From an uncultured Actinomycetes bacterium (lineage in GTDB: Bacteria > Actinomycetota > UBA4738 > HRBIN12), in NCBI GenBank assembly GCA_963722795.1, contig CAVROD010000003.1:1056-65055 (forward strand): a DNA stretch of 64,000 nucleotides, written 5' to 3'. A program made the position numbers and the translations under genes. The notes under the pieces are model-generated. The model saw only the letters and a program-made list of their open reading frames with translations, did not search any database and had not been told where the DNA came from. Every line of letters starts with the position of its first letter. The first letter of the stretch is position 1. This document shows, piece after piece, positions 30,717 to 45,316 of the stretch.

Positions 30717-31973
30717 TCAGGCGTTCGCGACCGCGTCGAGAGCCGTTGTGAAGGCGTCGGCCATCTCGGCGATCTGCTCCTCGCCGATCACGAGCGGTGG
30801 CGACACCGCGATCGCGCCGCCCACCAACGGCCGCACCAGCATGCCCGCCTCGCGGCAGGCCATGCCGACCCGCGTCGGCAGGGTCGGGTCGTCGGCCAGC
30901 AGGTCCTGACGCACGTTCACCGCGGCGAGCACGCCGACGCCGCCTCGCACTTCCTCGACGAGCTCGTGGTCGGCCAGCGGCAGCAGCGCGTCGAGCAGCG
31001 GCGCCTCGAGCTTCAGCGCCCGTTCGCAGAGTCCCTCGCGCTCGATGATGTCGAGGTTCGCGAGCGCGGCCGCGGCGACCGAGGCGTGTCCGCTGTAGGT
31101 GTAGCCGTGGCGCCAGAGCCCGGCTCCTTCGGCCCAGAACGGCTCGGCGACCCACGGCGCGGCGATGACCGCGCCCATCGGCAGGTACCCGCTCGTGATG
31201 CCCTTCGCGCACGTGATGATGTCGGGCTCGAGCCCGAAGCGGCTCGAGCGAACCAGTCGCCGGTGCGGCCGAAGCCGGTGATGACCTCGTCGGCGACGAA
31301 CAGCACGCCGGCCTCGCGGCAGACCTCGCGCGCGGCTTCCAGGTAACCGGGCGGAGGCGGGAAGACGCCGCCGGCGCCGATCACGGGCTCGCAGAAGAAC
31401 GCGGCGACCCGGCCCGGCCCCGTCGCCTCGATCGCGGCGCGCAGGGCATCGGCGTCGCTCCACGGCACCTCGACGACGTCCTCGATCAGGTCGCCGTGGC
31501 CCGTCGCGTTGGCGGGGATGCCGGCGAGCGACGTGCCCGCGGTGTGCATGCCGTGATAGGCCTTCTCCCGCCGGATCAGCACGGTGCGCTCGGGCTCGCC
31601 GCGCAGCTGCCAGTAGCGCCGGGCCATCTTCGTGGCCGTGTCGATCGAGTCCGACCCGCCGCTCGTGAGGAAGACCTTCGACCCGGGCACCGGCGCGAGC
31701 GGCGGCGACGCGCTCGGCGAGGGCCTCGGCGGGCCGGTTCGTGAGGTCGCCGAACGTGGAGTAGGCAGGCAGCGTCCGCATCTGCGCGGCCACCGCGTCG
31801 GCGATCTCGGTTCGGCCCCACCCGACGTTGCAGTACCAGAGGGAGGCGGTGGCATCCAGGTAGCGCCGGCCGGCGTCGTCGAAGACGTAGGCGCCGTCGC
31901 CACGCACCAGCGTGGTCGCGCCATCGGTCTCGACGGCGTCCATGTCCGCGAAGGGGTGCCAGAAGCTGGTCAT
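30717..31973 (-). pseudogene. Class III (omega-type) aminotransferase, two frameshifts
   Basis: MTSFWHPFADM..WYCNVGWGR and the C-terminal half (ITCAKGITSGYLPMGAV) are in the frame of ORF 30717. The middle (FLTSGGSDSIDTA..FFCEPVIGAGGV..FVADEVITGFGRTGDWFA) is in the frame of ORF 31013. Shifts near 31700 and 31259. Confidence 0.85.
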
Positions 31974-32067
31974 GCAGCGACGCTACCAGCGGCTCCGGCC
32001 CGATCCCGGTGGACGAGGCGGCGGGAAGGGCACCGCTCGTCACACCGTGGCGGCCTGCTGCCGGTGG

Positions 32068-35706
<3,639 letters not shown>

Positions 35707-35794
35707 ACGCTCCACCCTAGCGGCGGCCTCCGGCACCGGCCACGATCCGAGGCCCATTCGCGCCCGGTGTGCGGTGCGGGGTAGGCTCCGGCGC

Positions 35795-36292
35795 ATGAGC
35801 CAGAGCTTTCCCGACCTGTGGCGACGGGAGTCCGCACGGCGCCCACCACCGCGCCAACCCGAGCAGCCCATCGCGAGAACGAAGCATCAGACGGCCACGG
35901 CGCTCGGGGGCGTGCCGCTGTTCGCCGACTTCTCCAAACGGCACCTGCAACGCCTGGCGGGCGACACCGACGAGCTCACCTTCGGGCCCGGCGAGGCGGT
36001 GGTTCGCGAAGGCGAGCCGGGCGAGACCCTGTTCGTGGTGCTGCAGGGCGAGGGCAAGGTCGTGCGCAAGGGGAAGAAGGTCGGCACCGTGCTGCCCGGG
36101 GACTTCTTCGGCGAGCTGGCGGCGATCGACGCGCAGCCCCGGAGCGCCTCGGTCGTGGCCGTGACCCCGCTGCGCGTGCTGCGGCTGTTCCGGCGGCATC
36201 TCATGGCGTTGCTCGAAGACGAGCCGCAGGTCACCTTGAAGCTGCTCGACGGCATCGTGCGGCGCATCCGTCAGGTCGAGCGCTCGGCCTGA
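35795..36292 (+). CDS. Stand-alone cyclic-nucleotide-binding (CAP effector) domain protein
   Basis: ATG 35795 within ORF 35612..36292. [31 protein letters not shown]. No HTH follows. Confidence 0.75.
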   Translation: MSQSFPDLWRRESARRPPPRQPEQPIARTKHQTATALGGVPLFADFSKRHLQRLAGDTDELTFGPGEAVVREGEPGETLFVVLQGEGKVVRKGKKVGTVLPGDFFGELAAIDAQPRSASVVAVTPLRVLRLFRRHLMALLEDEPQVTLKLLDGIVRRIRQVERSA

Positions 36293-36314
36293 CGGCGCGG
36301 TTCGGGCGGTCCGC

Positions 36315-37282
36315 TCAGCGCGGCGACAGGACCGCCGCGTCGAGGAGCTCGTCGATCTCGGCGATGGCGGCGCCCTCGAGCGTGAGGTCGCCTGCGTCGG
36401 CGTTCGACCGCACGTGATCCGGGTTGCGGCTTCCCGCGATCGCGCTCGTGACCCCCGGCTGGTGCACGTTCCACGCCAGCGCGAGCTGCGCGAGCGACAC
36501 GCCGAGGCGAGCGGCGAGCGGCCGCAGCCCGTCGAGCACGCCGATCACCGTGGGCAACACCTCGGGCGAGAACAGGTCGATGTCGTCGGGGTCGTCGGGC
36601 TCGTCGTCGCCGCCCCGCCAATCGCCCTCGGGGAACGTGGTCTCGGCCGTGATCGCGCCCGTCAGCAGCCCGAAGGCCAACGGGCCGTAGCTCACGACCC
36701 CGGTGCCCACCTCGCCGCACCAGGCGATGGTCTCGGCGTTGCGGCGCTGCAGCATCGAGAACTCCGGCTGCAGGGAATCGACGTGACGCTCGGCCTCGCA
36801 TCGCTCGATGAGCGCGCGGTCGAAGTTGGAGACCCCGATCCAGCGCACCTTGCCGGCGTCCTGCAGGGCGGCCATCGCGCCCCACGACTCCTCGACGGGC
36901 ACTCCGGAGTCATCGGGCCAGTGCAACTGGTACAGGTCGATGCGGTCGGTGGCGAGCCGCGCGAGCGAGGCATCGCAGGCGGTCGCGATGCGATCGGGCC
37001 GGAAGCCGGAGCCCTCGGGCTCGGGGGCGACCTTCGACGCCACGATCGACCTCGTCGCGGCGCCCTTCGATCGCCCGGCCCACGAGCGATTCCGACACAC
37101 CGTCGCCGTAGACCTCCGCCGTGTCGATCCAGTTGATGCCGGCATCGAGCGCCGCGCGCATCGCGTCGATGACCGCGTCGTCGGAGCTGTTCGGGCCCCA
37201 GGCGGTGCCACCCGCCTCCCATGCCCCGTAGCCGATGACCGACAATTCAGGACCGCTGCGATCCCAGCCGATGTGTCCTCAT
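36315..37282 (-). pseudogene. Aldo/keto reductase, two frameshifts
   Basis: MRTHRLGS (from ATG 37282), then SGPELSVIGYGAWEAGG..DTAEVYGDGVSE (frame of ORF 36910), then IVASKVAP..DLYQLHWPD..GVSNF (frame of ORF 36315). Shifts near 37258 and 37047. Confidence 0.85.
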
Positions 37283-37410
37283 GATGTGAATCTACCCGTG
37301 CCGGGCCGTCGCGAGCCCGGGGCAGCAGTACGCTAGTGATCGCACCATCGATCGACCCGGACGATCCAGCCCGCAACGGGAGGAGCTTCGGTCTCCACGG
37401 CCGCCTACGC

Positions 37411-39251
37411 ATGACCAAGACCGTCGAAGAGAGGGAACGCGTCGTCATCCGATTCGCCGGGGACTCGGGCGACGGCATGCAGCTCACCGGCGACCGATTC
37501 ACCTCGCGCCACCGCCGTGCTCGGCAACGACCTCGCGACCCTGCCCGACTTCCCCGCGGAGATCCGGGCGCCGGCCGGCACGGTGCACGGCGTCTCGGCG
37601 TTCCAGATCCAGTTCGCATCGACCGACATCACCACGCCGGGCGACCACGCCGACGTGCTCGTCGCGATGAACCCCGCGGCCCTGAAGGCCGACCTCGCCA
37701 AGGTCGATCCCGGCGGCGTCGTGATCGTGAACGAGGACGCCTTCACCCAGCGCAACGTGGAGAAGGCGGGGTACGCCAGCGACCCCACGACCGACGGCTC
37801 GCTCGACGGGTACCAGGTCTTCAAGGTGCCGATGACGTCGATCACGGTCCGCGCGACCGAGGGCGTCGGGCATCGGCAAGAAGGAGGCCGAGCGCGCGAA
37901 GAACATGTTCGCGCTCGGGCTCGTGTCGTGGATGTTCGGCCGGCCGACCGAGACCACGCTCAGCTGGCTCGAGCGCAAGTTCGGCAGCAAGCAGGAGATC
38001 TACGACGCGAACGTCGCCGCCTTCAAGGCGGGCTACAACTTCGGGGAGACCACCGAGCTGTTCGCCCACTCCTACACGATCGCGGCGGCGCCCGCCGAGC
38101 CGGGCACGTACCGGAACATCGCCGGATCCACCGCGCTCGTCGTGGGGCCTCGTCGCGGCTTCCCAGCGCAGCGGGCTGCCGCTGTTCTACGCGAGCTACC
38201 CGATCACTCCGGCCTCGGAGCTGCTGCACGAGCTCTCCCGCCACAAGAACTTCGGCGTGATCACGCTGCAGGCCGAGGACGAGATCGCCGCCGCCAACAT
38301 GGCGCTCGGCGCCGCGTTCGCCGGCCAGCTCGCGGTGACGGGCACGAGCGGTCCGGGCATGGACCTGAAGGCCGAGACGCTCGGGCTCGCCGTGATCATG
38401 GAGCTGCCGATGGTGATCGTCGACGTGCAGCGGGGCGGCCCCTCGACCGGACTGCCGACGAAGACCGAGCAAGGCGACCTGCTGCTCGCGATGTTCGGCC
38501 GCCACGGCGAGAGCCCGATGCCGATCGTGGCGGCGTCCTCGCCGGCCGACTGCTTCGACGCGGCGCTCGAGGCCGCGCGCATCGCGGTGCGCTACCGCAC
38601 GCCGGTCATCGTGCTGTCCGACACGTTCCTGTCGAACTCCTCGGAGCCGTGGCGGGTGCCGGACGTCGACGACCTGCCCGTGATCGATCCGAACTTCGCG
38701 GTCGCCGAACGGGGACGGGTTCCTGCCCTACGCGCGCGACGAGCGGCTCGCACGTCCGTGGGCCGTGCCGGGCACGCCCGGTCTCGTGCACCGCATCGGC
38801 GGTCTCGAGCGCGAGGACGTCACCGGCAACATCAGCTACGACCCGGAGAACCACGAGCGGATGACGCACCTGCGGCAGGCCAAGGTCGACGGCATCGCCG
38901 ACGACATCCCGCCGCTCGAGGTCGACGACCCAGACGGGCGATGCCGAGCTGCTCGTGCTCGGATGGGGTTCGTCGCTCGGCACGATCCGGGCGGCCGCTC
39001 GTCGGGTGCGGGCGCCGGCGGCAAGGTCGCCACGGCCCACCTGCGCCACCTGAACCCGTTCCCGGCGAACACGGGCGAGGTCGTGCGGGCGCTATCCGAA
39101 GGTGCTGATCCCGGAGATGAACCTCGGTCAGCTCGCGATGCTGATCCGGGCGAGGTTCCTGGTCGATGCGCGGAGCTTCACCAAGGTGCAGGGCCTCCCG
39201 ATCTTCGCGGAGGAGCTCGAGGAGGAGATCCGACGGGTGCTCGATGAGTGA
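37411..39251 (+). pseudogene. korA: 2-oxoacid:ferredoxin oxidoreductase alpha subunit, about seven frame changes
   Basis: Recognisable segments ([91 protein letters not shown]) alternate between all three frames. Shifts near 37508, 37871, 38140, 38712, 38939, 39010 and 39090. Confidence 0.9.
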
Positions 39252-40285
39252 CGTGATGGACACACGGCACGTCGGCACGCTGACGCAAGAAGGACTTCAC
39301 CTCCGACCAGGAGGTGCGCTGGTGCCCGGGTTGCGGCGACTACGCGATCCTGTCGGCCGTGCAGGGCTTCATGCCCGAGCTCGGCATCGAGCCGCACAAG
39401 ACCGTCTTCGTGTCGCGGCATCGGCTGCAGCGGGCGCTTCACCTACTACATGGACACGTACGGCATGCACGGCATCCACGGGCGCGCGCCCGGCGATCGC
39501 CACCGGCATCGCGACGGCGAACCCCGACCTGTCCGTCTGGGTGGTGACCGGCGACGGCGACGGGCTCTCGATCGGCGGCAACCATCTGATCCACGCCCTG
39601 CGCCGCAACGTGAACCTCAAGATCCTGCTGTTCAACAACCAGATCTACGGCCTCACGAAGGGCCAGTACTCGCCGACGAGCGAAGAGGGCAAGGTCACGA
39701 AGTCGACGCCGTTCGGCTCGGTCGACCATCCGTTCAACCCGATCGCGGTGGCGCTCGGCGCCGAGGCGACCTTCGTCGCGCGCACGATCGACAACGACCG
39801 CCAGCACCTCACCGAGGTGCTGCGCCAGGCCGCCGCGCACCAGGGCACCGCGTTCGTCGAGATCTACCAGAACTGCAACGTGTTCAACGACGGCGCGTTC
39901 GACCTGCTGCGGGAGAAGCCGCAGGGCGTGCACAACCAGATCCGGCTCGTGGACGGCGAGCCGATCATCTTCGACGAGGGCACGAAGTGCGTGATCGTGG
40001 GCGACAACGGCCGGCTGCAGGTCGAAGCCCACCGCCGAGGTCGACCCCGACCGCATCGTGGTGCACGACGCCGGCGGGCGCCCGTCGCTGCCGTTCGCGC
40101 TCGCGCACCTGTCGCTCGGGCCCGCACGAGCCCACGTGCATCGGCGTGTTCCGCAACTTCGAGCGCCCGGTCTACGGCGAGGCGATGCACGCGCAGACTG
40201 CAGCAGCGCCGAGGAACGCCTGGGCAAGGGCGACCTCGACACGCTGCTGCACGGCGGCGACACCTGGACGGTCGAGCGCCGCTAG
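39244..40285 (+). pseudogene. korB: 2-oxoacid:ferredoxin oxidoreductase beta subunit, about six frame changes
   Basis: ATG 39244 overlaps the korA end. WCPGCGDYAIL, GIGCSGRF, TPP motif GDGDGLSIGGNH and the C-terminal GDTWTV are spread over three frames. Shifts near 39290, 39417, 39491, 40027, 40125 and 40197. Confidence 0.9.
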
Positions 40286-41503
40286 GCCGACGGACCCCGA
40301 CCGCTCAGCGCGCCGGCGGCGCCTGGAACCGGGCGAGCGCGCTCCGCGACGATGCGCCGCGATCTCGCGCAGTTCTGCCACGAGGCCCGGCAGGATGTCG
40401 AGCAGCGCGTCGACCTCGGCCTCGGTGCTGCTCGGACCCGAGGCCCACCCGGAAGCTGCTGACGCCCGGCGTGCCCGATGTGCTCGAGCACCGGCGAGGG
40501 GTCGCCGGGCTGGCCGGAGCAGAGGGAGCCCGCCGCGATGTGGAACCCGCGGTCGTCGAGCGCCATCATCAGGGTCGGCGCGTCGAGGCCCTCGACGCTG
40601 AAGCACACGAGGTGCGGCGTGCGGTGGGTCGGGTGTCCGTGCACGCGTGGCGCCCGGCACGGTTCCGGCGATGCGCTCGCGCAGCCGTGCGGTGAGCGCC
40701 CACTGCCGCGCCGCGTTGTCGCCCATCGTCGCGAGGCGCACGCCGCGAGCGCCGCCGCCATGGCCGCGATGCCGGGGGTGTTCTCCATGCCCGATCGGCG
40801 CTTGCGCTCGCGGTCGTCGCCGCACGGGTAGGCGGTGAGGCCCACGCCGCGGCGGACGTACAGGCCGCCGACCCCCGGCGGGCCGCCGAACTTGTGGGCG
40901 GAGCACGAGAGCAGATCGACGCCGAGCGCCTCGGCGTCGACCGGGAGCCGGCCGACGGTCTGGCAGGCGTCGGTGTGGAACCGCACCTTCGCTTCGCGGC
41001 GCGAGCCGCGCGGCCTCGCCGATCTGCTGCATCGTGCCGAGCTCGTGGTTCGCGTGCTGCACGCTGGCGAGCAGCGTGCCGGGTGCCCGGACCTCGGCGG
41101 CGAAGCGGTCGAGGTCGACGCGGCCGTGCTCGTCGACCGGCACGCTCGACGACCTCGAACCCGTCGCTCTCCAGCGCGTGGCCGACGCCGCCCACGGCCG
41201 GGTGCTCGACCGCGCTCACGACGATGCGGGTGCCGAGCTCGCGCACGGCCCGCACGCCGCCCCAGATCGCCGAGCGCCACCGACTCCGTGCCGCCGGACG
41301 TGAACACGATCTCGTCGGGCTGGGCGCCGAGCGCGGCCGCGACCGTCTCGCGGGAGTCGTCGAGCATCGAGCGCGCCGCGCGCCCGGGAGCGTGGATCAG
41401 CAGCGGGTCGCCGAACGTGTCGAGGGCGGTCACGAGGGCCGCTCGCGCCTCGGGCAGCAGCGGGGTCGCCGAGGCGCCGTCGAGATAGATGTCGGCCGGT
41501 CAT
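40282..41503 (-). pseudogene. NifS/IscS-like cysteine desulfurase (class V aminotransferase), multiple frameshifts
   Basis: [28 protein letters not shown] and the PLP-Lys region [19 protein letters not shown] are spread over three frames. The first shift comes two codons after ATG 41503. The 3' end is uncertain (candidate stops at 40282 or 40305). Confidence 0.8.
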
Positions 41504-41541
41504 CGTCGGGTCACGCTCGGCGAGCGCGGCGCGGATGACGC

Positions 41542-42243
41542 TCAGGGGGTGGCCGGCTCCTTGTCCTTCAGGAACACGCTCCAGTACAGCACGCCCGCGA
41601 TGATGCCGCCTGCGACCGGCCCCACGATCCAGACGTACCAGTTCGACCAGTCCCGTGCGCGAGCGCGGGCCCGAACCATCGAGCCGGATTCATCGCCGCG
41701 CCGGTGTAGGGGCCGAACGCCATGATGTCGAACGCGAGCACGAGCCCGATCGTGAGCCCCGCGGTCTTCGAGAACGGCCCGCGGTCGTCGACGATGGTGC
41801 CGAACACGGCGAAGACCAGGAAGAAGGTCGGTCACCGCCTCGATCACGATGCCCTTGCCGATGGCGATGCCGTCGCCGAGCGCCGGGATGCCGCCCGCGC
41901 CCGCGTCGAACGAGCTCCGTCGGGAGCAGGAACTTCAGCAGGAACGCGCCCGCGACCGCACCGGCCAGCTCGGCGCCGATCAGCACGCCGGCCCGCGCGG
42001 TCGGCAGCTTGCCCGTCACCCACAGCGCGATGGCCACGGCCGGATTCACGAGCCCGCCGGAGATGTGCGCCGTCACCGACACCATGATCGCGAGCACCAG
42101 CCCGTGCGCGAGCGCGACGCCCGTCAGGTCGAGCTGTCCGTTCGCTGTGCAGGATCACCGCGCCGGCCCCGATGAAGATCAGCGCGAACGTCGCGACGAA
42201 CTCGGCGACCGCCGCCTTCCCTGTGCTCTCCACGGTTCCCCCT
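41542..42243 (-). pseudogene. MIP-family aquaporin/glycerol facilitator, multiple frameshifts
   Basis: GTG 42243 with a GGAACGAGGGGGAA RBS-like tract upstream. VAEFVATFALIF, both NPA boxes (HISGGLVNPAV and AAMNPAR), C-terminal YVWIVGPVAGGIIAG. Segments lie in three frames. Confidence 0.8.
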
Positions 42244-42398
42244 CGTTCCTGCGTGCCGAGACCCCCGTCACGCGTTCGGGCCGATCGCGCTCGGCGCCGG
42301 CGGCGAGCCGAGCGGGTGCCCCCGAGCCAGGCAAAGACCGCCCGGGCCACGGTTCGAGGACGCGCGAGCGGGGCGCGGGAACGGGTAGCATCCCGGCC

Positions 42399-42789
42399 GT
42401 GGACGTCCTGCTGGTCTCGCCCGACCCCGCCTCGCGCGAGCTGATGGCGCTCGCGGTGCGCAGCATCGAGCGCGCGCCTCGGCACCGAGCTCAGGTTCCG
42501 GGCCGCGGCCAACGGCGAGCTCGGCATCCGGGCGGCCCTGCGCGACCGGCCCGACGTGATCGTGGCCGACGAGATCGCGTCCGCGAGCCGGCGCGTTCGC
42601 GCTCGCGCAAGGCGCTGCGCGACGACACCGCGCCCGTACACCGGCGTGATCGTGATCCTGCTGGAGCGCAAGCACGACGCGTGGCTGGCGCGATGGTCGG
42701 GGGCCGACGCGTGGTTCGTGAAGCCCGTCGATCCGTTCGAGCTGGCCGACCGGCTGCTGGAGCTCGTCAGCGAGAAGGAGAGCGCGTGA
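42399..42789 (+). pseudogene. Single-domain (receiver-only) response regulator, frame disturbed
   Basis: VDVLLVSPD, VIVADE (phospho-Asp position), WFVKPVDPFEL (conserved Lys). One shift near 42475, and an Arg-rich out-of-frame patch at about 42585-42630 that looks like a compensated pair. Confidence 0.6.
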
Positions 42790-43306
42790 AGATCAAGGGC
42801 ATCGACAAGCGCAACGGCCGGGAGTTCCTCGTCGGAGCAGGTGATCGAGAGCGGCGGCGCGTGCCCGTGGGACGGCAGCCGTTCAGCGCCGACTACGCCG
42901 TGACGCTCGTGAATGCGCTGCGTGACGCCGAGGACGCCGGCACCGAGCTCGAAGAGGCGCTCGAGCAGATCGCCGACCTGCAGCCGCGATTTCACGCTCG
43001 ACCAGGAGTCGGTGCTCGGCGCCGCTGCGCGGAGCATCTCGACCGGCTGTCGCAGCGAACTCGTCCAGCACGGATGAGGCCGAGCGCCATGGTGTCGACG
43101 ACGCACGAGAACCGCTTCGGCGTCGAGGTACGCGAGCGACGGCGGGAGATGGCGCGTCGCGATCGTCGACCCCGACGGGCCGTGGTCGTCGGAGCGCGCG
43201 TGCCGCGACGAGGCCGAGGCGCGCACGTACGCCTCGACGGTCCGCCAGCACATCTACTGGCTCTCGCCCGAGCGGTTCCGCGAGTACTACCGGTCTGTGA
43301 GCGACG
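42786..43306 (+). CDS. Hypothetical protein; frame and boundaries uncertain
   Basis: GTG 42786 overlaps the response regulator stop (GTGA). Plausible segments (KIKGIDKRNGREFLV, PFSADYAVTLVNALRDAEDAGTELEEALEQIADL, WRVAIVDPDGPWSSERACRDEAEARTYASTVRQHIYWLSPERFREYY) lie in different frames. No family recognised. Confidence 0.3.
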
Positions 43307-43800
43307 ATGGGCTTCAACGCCAGCAGCCGGGCAAGGTCAAGAAGGCCGACCTCGCGATCTTCATCGGCGGCGCTCGTCGTGATCGTCGGCCTCGGTGATC
43401 TGGGCGATCTGGTAGCCGCGATGCCCGACGACTCGCGGCCCTCGACTTCTGCTACCTGACGACCACCGGCCGCATCTCCGGCAACCCGCATCGCGATCGA
43501 GATCTGGTTCGCGCTCGCCGACGAGACCGTGTACCTGCTGGCCGGCGGACGGCGACCGCAGCGACTGGGTGCGGAACCTGATGATCTCGCCCGACGTGGT
43601 GCTGCGAGATCGGCGATCGCGAAGCGCATCGACGCGGGCCCGGGTCGTCGACGAGGGCACCGACGAGGACGCGCTCGCGCGCCGGCTCATGCTGGAGAAG
43701 TACGCGGCCGCGACGGCGGCGACCTCAGCACGTGGGGTCGCACGGCGCTCGTGGTCGCGATCGAGCTGGCCGGCGGCGTGAGCTACACGTCGCTGATCTG
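43307..43800 (+). pseudogene. Nitroreductase-family deazaflavin (F420)-dependent oxidoreductase-like protein, frameshifted
   Basis: CYLTTTGRISGNPH, IEIWFALADETVYLLAGG, SDWVRNLMISPDVV, GTDEDALARRLMLEKY and the final TALVVAIEL are spread over three frames. Start uncertain. Confidence 0.5.
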
Positions 43801-43810
43801 AACGGTCGGC

Positions 43811-44102
43811 TCAGCCTTCGTCGAACCCGATCGAGAACAGCCGCTCGAGGTCGTGCTTCGAGTAGACCTGGAACGCGATCAGCGTCTCGGTGCGCTCGAC
43901 GCCCTCGACCTTCGCGATGCCGCCGGGGATCACCGTGGCGAGCTCGTCGTGCGCCGCCACGCGGACGATCGCGACGAGGTCGAACTCGCCGGCGACCGAG
44001 TAGACCTCGCTGACGCCGTCGATGCTCGGCGATCGCCTGGGCGGCCTCGGGGATCTCGTCGATCTCGCACTGGATCAGGACGACGGCGTGCACGGCGCTC
44101 AT
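43811..44102 (-). pseudogene. Small Lrp/AsnC ligand-binding-domain protein, one frameshift
   Basis: MSAVHAVVLIQCEIDEIPEAAQAIAE then IDGVSEVYSVAGEFDLVAIVRV..ERTETLIAF. The 292-nt span is not a multiple of 3. Shift near 44024. Confidence 0.7.
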
Positions 44103-44116
44103 CGGTCGCGACTCCT

Positions 44117-45306
44117 CTAGGCGCGTTCCAGGACGACGGCGAGCCCCTGGCCGCCGGAGATGCAGAGCGTGGCCAGGCCCAGCGACAGCGTCGCGCGCGC
44201 GCATCTCGTAGGCGAGCGAGAGGATGATGCGGGCGCCGCTCATGCCGATCGGATGGCCGACCGAGATGCCGCCGCCGTTCACGTTGAGCCGGTCGCGGTC
44301 GAACTTCAGCTCGCGCTCGCACGCGATCACCTGGGCGGCGAACGCCTCGTTGATCTCGATCAGCTCGATGTCGGCGAGCGAGCAGCCCGGTCCGCTCCAG
44401 GACCTTCTGGGTGGCCGGCACCGGCCCGATGCCCATGATCTCGGGGGGCACGCCCGCCCAGCGTCATCGCCGATGATCGCGCGCGAGCGGCTCGCGGCCC
44501 TCGGCCGCGGGCGCGCGACTCGCTCATCAGCACCATGGCGGCGGCGCCGTCGGTGATGCCCGCTCGAGTTGCCGGCCGTGACGCTGCCGCCCTCGCGGAA
44601 GACGGGCGCGAGCTTCGCGAGCGTGTCCATCGTGGTGTCGGGGCGCGGATGCTCGTCCTCGGCGACCGTGACGCGTCGTGCGCCCCGAGCGTCGACCTCG
44701 ACGGGGAACATCTCGGCGGCCCGGCGCGCCGGCGCCGGCCTGCGCCTTGCTGCTGCGACTCGCAGCGCGAACTCGTCCTGCTCCTCGCGGGAGATGTCGT
44801 ACATGTCGACGAGGTTCTCGGCGGTCTCGCCCATGATGAGGCCGCAGAGGGGGTCGAGCAGGCCGTCGCGGTACATCGCGTCGACCGCCTCGGCGTTGCC
44901 GAGCCGGTGGCCGAGCCGCATTCGGTCGCAGCAGGAACGGCACGCGGGTCATGTTCTCCATGCCGCCGGCGAGCACGACCTCGCTCGTCGCCGAGCGCGA
45001 TCTGCTGGGCGCCGAGCTGGGTGGCCTTCATGCCCGAGCCGCACGCGATGTTGACGTTGTAGGCGCTGACCTCCTTCGGCACGCCGGCCCGGATGCTGAC
45101 CTGGCGTCCGGTGTTCGGCCCGTTGCCCGGCCTGGCGTGCGTGGCCGAAGATCGTCTGCTCGACCTGCGGCGGCCTCGACGCCGGCGCGGCGCAGCGCCT
45201 CGGCCGCCGCGAGCTCGCCGAGCTCGACCGCCGGCGTGTCGGCGAAGGAGCCCAGGAACCTGCCGATCGGGGTGCGCGCGCCCTCGAGGATGACCGCGCG
45301 TTCCAT
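44117..45306 (-). pseudogene. Acetyl-CoA C-acetyltransferase (thiolase), many frameshifts
   Basis: MERAVILEGARTPIGRF, NVNIACGSGMKA (active Cys), NEAFAAQ, GGGISVGHPIGMSGARI and LCISGGQGLAVVLERA-TAG are spread over three frames. Confidence 0.85.
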
Positions 45307-45316
45307 GTCCTGCAGT

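Noticed and set aside
35707-35794. Possible riboswitch (SAH, SAM or B12 type) in the 88-nt leader of metH; likewise glycine or ZTP elements near gcvT and the GcvT-like genes
   Set aside because: I could not recognise any of the conserved cores of these elements by eye. The gcvT leader is only 40 nt. A covariance-model scan would be needed to be sure.
37411-40285. Programmed ribosomal frameshifting to explain the frame changes in korAB and elsewhere
   Set aside because: There are far too many events per gene, in both directions, with no slippery heptamer or downstream structure at the sites I inspected.
41655-43382. 575-aa plus-strand ORF
   Set aside because: It runs antisense through the aquaporin and then through parts of the receiver and the hypothetical gene in mixed frames. 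It is a chimeric read-through caused by the scarcity of stop codons.
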